A DNA stretch of 39,870 bases from Trichomonas gallinae. Its lineage: Eukaryota. The notes below the pieces were generated by a model. It saw only the letters and a program-made list of their open reading frames with translations, had not been told where the DNA came from and did not search any database. Location of the stretch: assembly GCA_008369845.1 (NCBI GenBank), contig MRSU01001247.1, positions 1-39,870 of the forward strand. Reading direction: 5' to 3'. A program made the position numbers and the translations under genes. This document shows positions 6,592 to 15,062 of this stretch, piece after piece (positions within the stretch are counted from its first letter, which is position 1; each line of letters opens with the position of its first letter).

Positions 6592-9324
6592 TTATTTTAC
6601 GTTATTTTGCTCATTCAACATGTTATTAAGGCGAATATTCTCTTGTTGAATATTAAATATTTCCTCTTTCGAGTCAATGTCTGATTCTGCATACGATAAT
6701 GATGACAACGCAGATAGAAGTGATGATAGCAATGCAACAAATCTTGATAACACTAAGAAAACAATGGAATTGATTTTGCTTGGAACAATAGAAGAGAGAG
6801 CAGCATGAATCTTCATTATATTTTGTCTCAAAAGTTTATATTGAGCTGATCCTGGCGAAAATGTTTTCAATTTGCAGTCAAATTGAGAAAAAATATCATT
6901 CAAAATATTAGCGAATGGTTTCAATGCTGTAATTGTATGGTTCATGGTTAATATTATCGAAGCAATCTCTGGGAGATAAACCATTGGCTGAGTTTTATTC
7001 TCCAAATCAACTTGTTTGAAAACTTCGGCGAAAATCTTGTTAACTCCGTCTAATGACTGATTAGACTTCGCAACTTTCGGTTTTGTTGGATGTGGTATAA
7101 TCATTCCATTGACAAGTCGATTAGAAAATGAAATAAATTCTGCATCTGAAAGATTATGATAATGCTCGTTTGTTATATCTATTCCAACCATCTGGCCAGC
7201 CTTATCGTTGTATTTTATGATGATTTCTCGATATGCGAGAAAAGATTTTTTCAATTGGTCAACATTATCAGCGAAAGCAGTCACATCTTTCATTACTACA
7301 TTAGCCAGCACATGTCCCTTGTAAACATTGTCGCCATTTTCTATCTTCAGCTTTGTTCTAATCTGAGTTAATGTTTTGGTTAGTATGGAAACTAGTTCTT
7401 CTGAGCTATTTAGCTCTTTTTGCAGCGGATTCTGCATTTTTTCGAGCATCTCTATGAGCTTAAGAGAGGATTCATCGAAATCCCCAACAGGAACCTCAAC
7501 TTGAAGGTGTTTTGCTAGTCTATCTCGAATATGAGAATTTAATTTTTCTAGTTTTGTGTTTCTTTCCTTCTCTTTCTTGAGTGCATGAACCATTAAGTCG
7601 CATGATTCAATAGAATCCTCGAAAAACGAGCCTGTGTTTGGAACAGAAATAAAATCTCCGAATTTTTTGCTAATTCCATTATATATATCACTGAGTCTTG
7701 TCGACAGCTGTGAAATCAGTCCATCCCTCTCTATTTGAAGCTCTGCAATCTTCTTGATATAGAAATCTGTATCTGGGACTTGAATATTGTTAAATTCGTC
7801 CTGTAAACTCTTCATTTCGTCGAATTGCTTGGATAAATGTTGCTTGACTTGTATCATGTATGAATAAATATCATGATTATCTTCAACTTTAACATATTCG
7901 TCAAATATTTTCATAAGATTCGAATCTTTATCGGTCAATAGTTTCTGGAAGTCATTTATTGACTTTTCGATTATATCATTCAGTTCATTGTTCTTTGTTT
8001 CTTCGCTGATATTAGTTGCGTGAAAAAATAAATGGCAACGAGAGATTATATCCCTAAGAACTTTGATTTCTGATGAATGGTTATTCTCAAGACTTTCGAG
8101 TTTCTTGATTAATTCCTTTCTTTTTGTTTCAGATTTTAATAATTCGGTCTGGCTTTTCAATTCTAAGTCTTTCATCGCTCTATGTTGTGCTTCTAGTGCT
8201 AGTTTATGCTCTTCTCTTATGTGTTTTACAAGTTCCTTCATGTAATTTAAATAATTCGTTGTTTGTTCAGAATTGTTAAATAAACCAGGATTTTCTAGAC
8301 CGTAATTCGATAAATCTTCAGGATTTTTGCAATTCTGGAAGTTGTATTCGACGGTTTCTAATTCAGAATTTGGAGTTGTTGGATGATTAATTTCTTCTTG
8401 AAATTCTGGGAGAGTTGGTCTCTTGTAGATTGCTGTCTGTGGGAGATCGGCGTGGTTTAAAGCTGCAGACAAAGCGTCTTGGAACTTATCTAAATAATTA
8501 ATCATATTTTTTACATCATCTTCCATAGATGAATAACTGTTTAATATGCTTATTAAGTCGCTGCACGTTGTATATAATTTCTGTCTGATTCTCACAAGAT
8601 CTTTCGTAGAAATTCCGCATTCATTAAATTCTTTAAGGAAATAATCATTCAAAATCTTCGAGTAGGCTTTAATCTTGTGTGTGATGTCCTTTAGCATTGC
8701 CATATCATTTGATTTAGCGATGTATGCGAATGATTCTGTTTGTAGTGTTATTTTCTGCTGTAAGATGACTTGTATGTCTTTTTGGATGCCATTTTGAGCT
8801 GCTTGTACTTTACTGATGAAGTTTATCGAAGTATTAATAATTTCAAAATTTCGAATTAAACTTTGTTTTGCGTATTCTGGTGTGTTAAACTGTAGATCAC
8901 AGCACATTTTTGCGTAAGTCTTCCATAGTTTTAAAAAAGGAAGAGGTCCTGCAATTGTTGAATAATTTTCAACGCCAGCGATCAAAGAAGACGTGAGATT
9001 ATCACCTTGTAATGCCGATAATAGGCTAGGAAACAAGTGTTGCGCTTCGGTAGTGTAGTTAACGAATGAATTGCGATTAAATTGCGACGGCCAGCTGAGA
9101 TTAATTACCTTTACTACGGCATCAATGAATGCTTTAAATGTCTGCTCCACCATAATGGGCGAATAATTCTCATTTACTTGATTCGAAGAAACAGAATGTA
9201 ATGTACCAAGTTTTGGTTGTATTCTTTTGGATTTATTTGAATACAGTCGTGGAGTCCTAACCTTTGACGGTGCCGCTGTGATTGGACGAGATTTCACTGA
9301 GTATTCCATTGGAATCTCGCTCAT
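6592..9324 (-). CDS. Large coiled-coil hypothetical protein
   Basis: About 910-aa uninterrupted ORF, heptad-rich; first ATG at 9324 (the ORF track starts at an upstream TTG). Confidence 0.8.
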   Translation of the reverse strand: MSEIPMEYSVKSRPITAAPSKVRTPRLYSNKSKRIQPKLGTLHSVSSNQVNENYSPIMVEQTFKAFIDAVVKVINLSWPSQFNRNSFVNYTTEAQHLFPSLLSALQGDNLTSSLIAGVENYSTIAGPLPFLKLWKTYAKMCCDLQFNTPEYAKQSLIRNFEIINTSINFISKVQAAQNGIQKDIQVILQQKITLQTESFAYIAKSNDMAMLKDITHKIKAYSKILNDYFLKEFNECGISTKDLVRIRQKLYTTCSDLISILNSYSSMEDDVKNMINYLDKFQDALSAALNHADLPQTAIYKRPTLPEFQEEINHPTTPNSELETVEYNFQNCKNPEDLSNYGLENPGLFNNSEQTTNYLNYMKELVKHIREEHKLALEAQHRAMKDLELKSQTELLKSETKRKELIKKLESLENNHSSEIKVLRDIISRCHLFFHATNISEETKNNELNDIIEKSINDFQKLLTDKDSNLMKIFDEYVKVEDNHDIYSYMIQVKQHLSKQFDEMKSLQDEFNNIQVPDTDFYIKKIAELQIERDGLISQLSTRLSDIYNGISKKFGDFISVPNTGSFFEDSIESCDLMVHALKKEKERNTKLEKLNSHIRDRLAKHLQVEVPVGDFDESSLKLIEMLEKMQNPLQKELNSSEELVSILTKTLTQIRTKLKIENGDNVYKGHVLANVVMKDVTAFADNVDQLKKSFLAYREIIIKYNDKAGQMVGIDITNEHYHNLSDAEFISFSNRLVNGMIIPHPTKPKVAKSNQSLDGVNKIFAEVFKQVDLENKTQPMVYLPEIASIILTMNHTITALKPFANILNDIFSQFDCKLKTFSPGSAQYKLLRQNIMKIHAALSSIVPSKINSIVFLVLSRFVALLSSLLSALSSLSYAESDIDSKEEIFNIQQENIRLNNMLNEQNNVK

Positions 9325-9441
9325 AAAAATCTGTTTAAGGGATCTCAAAAACTATTATCATTTTCCAGTAAATCCTTGATTTTTTTATTTTTTCATCATT
9401 TTATTCCTTAATCGAATAACCAAAATTCATTCAAAATATAC

Positions 9442-9680
9442 ATGCTTCCCGAATATCTCGCGTTTGCTACAAAATATTCATTATAAATTGAAAATTTGAT
9501 TCAATATAATACAGACAAGGAGAACTCCTTAATGTTTAATGGATATATCAAGATCCCAACATAAATAAGAGATAAAATGTATATCATTCGATTCTATATT
9601 TCAATATGAATTTTTATTTCTTTAATGCGTTTCATAATCTTTTCTGTAGATAGATGGTTCATGATTAATGAATGAAGGTG
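9442..9680 (+). pseudogene. Possible decayed gene relic, weakly UEV/Vps23-like
   Basis: Inr-like TCATT about 9427, then ATG: MLPEYLAFATKYSL*IENLIQYNTDKENSLMFNGYIKIPT*IRDKMYIIRFYISI*, reminiscent of the UEV 'L.L.GtIP...G..YnIp..i' pattern; judged by eye only. Confidence 0.25.
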
Positions 9681-9787
9681 AATTTACAGTCCTTATTCGT
9701 ACAAAATATCTGAATTAATATTTATTTATTTTTTTATTCAAATACAAACAAAAATATAGTATTATATAAGGGTTTTGATTTGGTTAT

Positions 9788-10408
9788 TCATCGGAACTTA
9801 ACTCTTTTAACAATGATTGATTCAATATCCATTAAATCAACGCAATCTGGATTGTTATAATCTATAACATCTGGTATTTTAACAACACAGAGTATTCCGC
9901 GTTTTTTAAGAAACCATCCGATCCTTGTAATTATTAATGATTCATTTTCGAAGTTTTCCCAATTATCTAAAATTGTGAGTATGAACGATGAGTGCACAAC
10001 TTCTGGATGATCAGAATATAAGACAAATTGACATCCGAAAACTGATCCATCGCGAACAACCCAAAGATTCGTTCTAAAATATCTATAAACTGCGTAATTT
10101 TTGGCAAATACTCCTTCTTTCGATAATTCGGTGCATATATTCCATAATTCTTGTCGATTTAGGTTAATTTTTATTGATTTGCAAACATCATAAAGGAAGA
10201 ATACTTCGTATGGACTTAAAATGCATTTATCATCTAGCATTCGTCCAAATGCGAACTCTTGAATTAAAATATCTCTAATATTGGTATCAGATGTTATTAT
10301 AAATAGGGAGTTTTCAAATTTGACTTCGATTATTGGTACATCATTGTCTGGACAAAATTTACCTTGAATGGATCCCCTAGTTTTCAATATAGGTTCATAT
10401 GTTTCCAT
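9788..10408 (-). CDS. TSEN2: tRNA-splicing endonuclease catalytic subunit, Sen2-like
   Basis: LSPYEVFFL; YAVYRYFRTNLWVVRDGSVFGCQFVLYSDHPEVVHS; RIGWFLKK. The Tyr-His-Lys catalytic triad positions are present. Confidence 0.85.
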   Translation of the reverse strand: METYEPILKTRGSIQGKFCPDNDVPIIEVKFENSLFIITSDTNIRDILIQEFAFGRMLDDKCILSPYEVFFLYDVCKSIKINLNRQELWNICTELSKEGVFAKNYAVYRYFRTNLWVVRDGSVFGCQFVLYSDHPEVVHSSFILTILDNWENFENESLIITRIGWFLKKRGILCVVKIPDVIDYNNPDCVDLMDIESIIVKRVKFR

Positions 10409-10438
10409 TCAAGAACAAAAATTGTCAAAAATTTGATA

Positions 10439-10504
10439 TTTACATGTCAGATTATATTTACATGACAAAATATTATTTACACGTCAAAATGTGTTTACAT
10501 GACA
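10439..10504 (+). promoter_or_regulatory. Four direct copies of TTTACAYGWCA in a 123-bp divergent promoter
   Basis: Copies at 10439, 10457, 10476 and 10494 (spacing 18, 19, 18). Confidence 0.7.
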
Positions 10505-10531
10505 AATTTTTTACGACACGTTTTTTAAAAA

Positions 10532-11236
10532 ATGAAACCTCGAGAACCAAAAGGAAAACCTGAATGGAAAACTAAAAAGATGGTTTGCGAACTTTTCCCT
10601 AATATACCTGCTGCTAATATAAACCATTATGTACAATATCACTCAAATATGTCAATACCCGAAATTATCGCGCACTTTCTATATCAAAAAGAGGTAACGG
10701 GACAAATCAATGATATCAAAGTACTTGGATATTTAACTCAAGCACGTCAATTGATGAAAGATAAAGAAAAAGAAGAAGTATTTCAAGTGCAAATGAGTGA
10801 GGAAAATAAAAAGATGAGGCTAGAAATAGCAAGATTCACAGTTGATCAATCTTTATCTAAATTTACTGATATTTTATATGAATCAATTTCGCAAACGCGA
10901 CTTTCTAAAAAACGACCGAAGATCATTCCAGAAGACTATCTAAACAGCATGGCTTTTTATATTGCAAATGAAATTAAAGAAGGAAATATTTCATTGGACA
11001 ATATTCAATGGGAAAAGTACCAAGATACAAATCAGGAACCACTAATTGATCCATTATATGCAGCAGGCTACTTTGTTAAAACAGCAGATCCATTGACTTC
11101 AATTAATCAAATAATTACTCATGAACCAAAATGGAAAACATTAGTGTTTTCCAGTCTAAAATATTGTGGAATAGGTGCAGCATTTAATAACAATGATACA
11201 TTATTCTTAGTAATGATCGCTGCTAATTTGGAATAA
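10532..11236 (+). CDS. Hypothetical protein with a degenerate CAP/SCP-like C-terminus
   Basis: 234-aa ORF; 'WKTLVFSSLKYCGIGAAFNNNDTLFLVMIAA' resembles the end of CAP/SCP domains. Confidence 0.7.
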   Translation: MKPREPKGKPEWKTKKMVCELFPNIPAANINHYVQYHSNMSIPEIIAHFLYQKEVTGQINDIKVLGYLTQARQLMKDKEKEEVFQVQMSEENKKMRLEIARFTVDQSLSKFTDILYESISQTRLSKKRPKIIPEDYLNSMAFYIANEIKEGNISLDNIQWEKYQDTNQEPLIDPLYAAGYFVKTADPLTSINQIITHEPKWKTLVFSSLKYCGIGAAFNNNDTLFLVMIAANLE

Positions 11237-11334
11237 TTTGTTTTTTTCTATGAGCGTATCAGAGTCAAACAGCTAACATTCTTAGTTAAACTATATATAC
11301 ACTGAGTTTTTGTTCCTCAAAATTCATAGAATCA

Positions 11335-11565
11335 ATGCTACCTAATATGGACGAAGAATTTAACATCGAACAATAATATATCACTCTTATTATTACAGGC
11401 ATTGAATTTGCTCATTCATAAATATCAGCCCCTAAAATATTTCTGAATATTTTTCAATTGCAAGTTTAGAGATATATGCTTCCAAATCTATGCGACTATT
11501 CATAAATAACTCGCTAAAGAGTTAGTAATGCAATATATTAATAAAATGGATCCATAGAGTTATCT
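11335..11565 (+). pseudogene. Possible protein-kinase relic
   Basis: One frame reads ...YITLIITGIEFAHS*ISAPKIFLNIFQLQV*RYMLPNLCDYS..., matching the spacing of kinase subdomains VIa to VII (G+.Y+HS ... PkIcDFG), with several stops. Confidence 0.35.
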
Positions 11566-11586
11566 TTAAATGAAATCGTATTTTTT

Positions 11587-11626
11587 TGTCACGTAAATCG
11601 TCATTATCGTGTTTTTGTCATGTAAA
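11587..11626 (-). promoter_or_regulatory. Two copies of the TTTACRTGACA motif upstream of the 11770 gene
   Basis: TGTCACGTAAA 11587-11597 and TGTCATGTAAA 11616-11626 on the + strand; further TGACA/TGTCA half sites up to about 11715. Confidence 0.5.
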
Positions 11627-11769
11627 ATATCAAATTCTCGACTTTTTGAGAATAAAACGATCAAATTTTCGGAATTGACAAATTATTTGTCAAAAGCATT
11701 CAATTTTTTTGACAGTCCGTTAAAAAGCAACAGAAAATTTAGAAAATTTTAGTCGAAAATAAAACAGAA

Positions 11770-12369
11770 ATGTTTTGCTTGCGCAGTCCGAGGCGGCAGC
11801 ATCGACGCGTTGAAACATTTCGAAATCCAGATGCAGAACAGAGCAATTACGATAACTACGCAAATCCAATCCCTCCAGGAGTTAAAAATAATTACCAAGA
11901 AATTCTTGAGACAAAAAGATCACAGCAATCAATGCTTTCTAAACAACTCAGGCAAGAGATTGAGAGCAAGAGAAGATTGCTAGACATGCAAAATACAGCT
12001 ATTTCAATCCAGCAACAGACAGATTTTTTGATGAATCAATTTCGTTCTTTCAAAAGACCAGAACCAGCTAATGTGCTCACAAATCAATATGGCAGCGCTC
12101 CTCCGCCTTTTAAACCTCAATTAATGAGTCTCAGAGATTTTATAAAACAATCACCTCGACGTATTCAACATAATAACGTTAAAAATAGCATTTTAGTACA
12201 AAACGAAGAATTTGCACATCCTGTCAGAGCTAATTTCGCAAAAATGGTTTTACCAACAATCAAGCCGCTTCCTGGATCCAAAGAGCTCACATCAACATCC
12301 CAATTAGTATATCCTGATGGCCATTCTAGTTCTCTTGACAAGAAATATTCATCCCGTCTTGCATATTAA
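11770..12369 (+). CDS. Hypothetical protein
   Basis: 199-aa ORF with coding-like GC content, AAA-ATG context and a short coiled coil; no family recognised. Confidence 0.75.
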   Translation: MFCLRSPRRQHRRVETFRNPDAEQSNYDNYANPIPPGVKNNYQEILETKRSQQSMLSKQLRQEIESKRRLLDMQNTAISIQQQTDFLMNQFRSFKRPEPANVLTNQYGSAPPPFKPQLMSLRDFIKQSPRRIQHNNVKNSILVQNEEFAHPVRANFAKMVLPTIKPLPGSKELTSTSQLVYPDGHSSSLDKKYSSRLAY

Positions 12370-12487
12370 CTATTTTTCATTATTTATTATATAGATTTTG
12401 TTTGTATTTTATATATAATATCATGTAAAGTTTAATATATTGAGTAGCTTATCTAATTATCGTAATTTTTGATAGAAAATATTGTAT

Positions 12488-12660
12488 TGTGAAGATGTTA
12501 AACAAGATATATATAAAAGTGTGACATTAGTTTAGACGCATTATATATATAATAATATCGAAATATGAGAAGAGTCAATAAATAATTCAAAATTCGATGA
12601 AAATATAATAAATAGTTGAGGAAATTCTTTTTAATATATGATAGATCATGGTAAATGAAG
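12488..12660 (+). pseudogene. Possible ankyrin-repeat relic
   Basis: One frame reads ...YNNIEI*EESINNSKFDENIINS*GNSF*YM..., following the ankyrin pattern 'nn.eiv..Li....diNikn..G.t.L' with stops. Confidence 0.3.
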
Positions 12661-12890
12661 AAGATTCATTATGAATAAATGTTATGATCCTCATCAATTA
12701 TTTTTAGATTCAAATGATTTTTCGATGAAAAGTTATTAAATAAATAGAGTAGCATATAAAAGATCTAAATATGAGTTCCAAAACAAAAAATTTTCGAACA
12801 AAAAATGTACGTTATTAAGAAACAATCATATAATAAGCATCTATGTGCTTTAAAATCCAATATTTTCGATGAAAAATTTAGTTAGGTTGA

Positions 12891-14111
12891 ATGTTTTCGA
12901 GCGAGAGTCTTCCTGTATCTGCTCGACGGCAAAATACTAACTTATCACACATAAAAATCAGGCCTAGACCGAAAGGAACTGGAACTTATACATTTTCGAT
13001 GCCAACAAACGCGGATAACACAAGAATGAATTCATCGAGACGAATAACTAAGTATAAAGAGGATAATAAACCGAAAAGAATCGAATCTTACATCAAAAAC
13101 AGGGAAATTAAACAAGAAAATGAAGAAAAATATCCGGAGAAAGACTTAAACAAAATCGAAAACGTGGCCTGCAGACTTTTAGAAGGTGAAAGTCTCGAAA
13201 TTGTCAATAAAAATGATGCACCAGATGTTATCACCTTCCTAAAGGAATATTCTACAAAGCAATCTTTATCAAGAAATTATGCAGAAGCAAAAATCGCCTT
13301 AAATCTGATCGAAGGGCTGCAGAAATACACCAATGTGGAAGAACAGCCGAAGCCCAACACCGCAATTGTTGAGTCTGCTTTAGCAGAAGAAAATCACGAC
13401 GAAATGGTTAAAGATCACAATGAAGAACTGAAGCTTTTCGACGAGCAGACAGAGAAGAAACGAGAATTACTCGATTTACAGCAAAAAAATAAAATGGATG
13501 AATTCGAAAAAGATTGGGCTGAATACAGGCCACGGAAATATCGTAAACCATCAGCAAAATTACTTGGCTATGCCCAAATTGAACACCAAGTTGCTCTTGC
13601 TGGAGATTATGATTATGCGCTTCAAATCAAGAATCAGGCAGAAATACAGATGGAGAAAGAGACTAGAATAGCTCAGAAGCAGTTAATCGCGGACTACAAT
13701 AACGGTAAGAAGAGATTAGAAGAAGATTTCAAAAAGCAGGTAGAATTATTCGAAGACACTCGAAAGAAACAGAGAGAATTGATAATACAGAGACAGCAGA
13801 AAGAGTTGGGCGTCGTTATGAAGAGAATCGACGTCGCTTATCTTCGATCTATAGAAAATCATCGACAAGTTGAATCTTCGATGAATTCTCCACGAAAACA
13901 GAGCAGAGAGCCTACAATAACAAGGCTGAGGTGCATGATTGAGAGCCAGCAGACAAAACTGTTGCCTGAACTGATTCCTCCCAATGACCCAAGGATCAAA
14001 GAAATCGTGCAGAAAGACAAGGAAGACAGAGAAAAACAGAAGAAGAAAGAAAAGAAGCAGCTCAAGAACCAAGTCTCGTCAAGACTCTTCTCTCCAAAAG
14101 AAAAGAAGTAA
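12891..14111 (+). CDS. Coiled-coil hypothetical protein (YRKPS.KLL-motif type)
   Basis: 406-aa E/K/Q-rich ORF with the motif W.E.RPRKYRKPSAKLL...ALAGDYDYA. Confidence 0.8.
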   Translation: MFSSESLPVSARRQNTNLSHIKIRPRPKGTGTYTFSMPTNADNTRMNSSRRITKYKEDNKPKRIESYIKNREIKQENEEKYPEKDLNKIENVACRLLEGESLEIVNKNDAPDVITFLKEYSTKQSLSRNYAEAKIALNLIEGLQKYTNVEEQPKPNTAIVESALAEENHDEMVKDHNEELKLFDEQTEKKRELLDLQQKNKMDEFEKDWAEYRPRKYRKPSAKLLGYAQIEHQVALAGDYDYALQIKNQAEIQMEKETRIAQKQLIADYNNGKKRLEEDFKKQVELFEDTRKKQRELIIQRQQKELGVVMKRIDVAYLRSIENHRQVESSMNSPRKQSREPTITRLRCMIESQQTKLLPELIPPNDPRIKEIVQKDKEDREKQKKKEKKQLKNQVSSRLFSPKEKK

Positions 14112-14822
14112 CTCATTACATACAATCTTTTTTATCATGTTGTTTATATAGATATGTCATTTAAAGTGTTTTTTATATTTCATTTTTTTTATTATTAAAC
14201 TTTACTATGCATTTAGTTACTGCATAAGAATAATATTCATTGCCTATCTTACTCATATACTTTCTTGTGAAAAGGTGCATTGTTTTCTAATGAATCCATA
14301 ATACCCTATATAAACACAATTTATTATTTTCTTTCATTTTTATAAATATATATCTTTGATAGAACACAGTATATTCTAATATCAAACATACATATAAAAC
14401 AATTTAAGATCAATACATCATCTCAACACAAAATTTATACATTTGCATTATTAAATTCATCAATATTAGAGATATAGCTTTATAATACATTTATCACTAA
14501 CTATAATTACTAGGAAAAAATATAATTCCAAAAATATGCTAAATACACATTAATCACGAGATATAGATACTTCAATTTCATATATGTTGCCAGAAACGCA
14601 ATATACCAATCTCAATAGATGGGAAGTACAGTTTCTATAACTATATTACAAATCTACAATAAATAGGCAACCTTTTTTCGCTAAATTATTAGAATTATTA
14701 CAAAAACTAGAAGGTCACTACATATAACCATCATAGGCATTAGCGTATTTGGTCATATATATCTACCATAGAAGTTGCATTTCAATATTTGAAACCTATC
14801 TCGAGATATTGCAAAATCTTGA

Positions 14823-14984
14823 TTTTGGAATAATAGTCAAAATTTTCGAACCTTATTTCCAAAACTAAAAAGTCCCAAATTCTGAGGAAAATAATCGTTT
14901 TTGGGACTTTTTGTGGGAACCGGGAACATCCCGGGTCATTCGGAGTTCGGCAAAAAATCGGAAAATCCCGATTAAAAATCCCTC
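14823..14984. repeat. GC-richer island of four short inverted repeats (possible transposon/MITE end or structured RNA)
   Basis: TTTTGGAATAA/TTATTTCCAAAA (14823-14864); perfect 13-bp AAAAAGTCCCAAA/TTTGGGACTTTTT (14867-14912); CCGGGA/TCCCGG (14920-14934); AATCGG/CCGATT (14956-14973). Confidence 0.5.
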
Positions 14985-15062
14985 AATATTCTACTTTTCT
15001 TGGTTGATGTTGTTATTGATTGTAATTAAAAAAGTATAGTTTATAAAAAAAAATATATAAAG

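Noticed and set aside
9788..10408. Functional link between TSEN2 and the tRNA genes or the 5763 intron
   Set aside because: Both tRNAs here are intronless and the 5763 intron is spliceosomal; proximity is likely coincidental.
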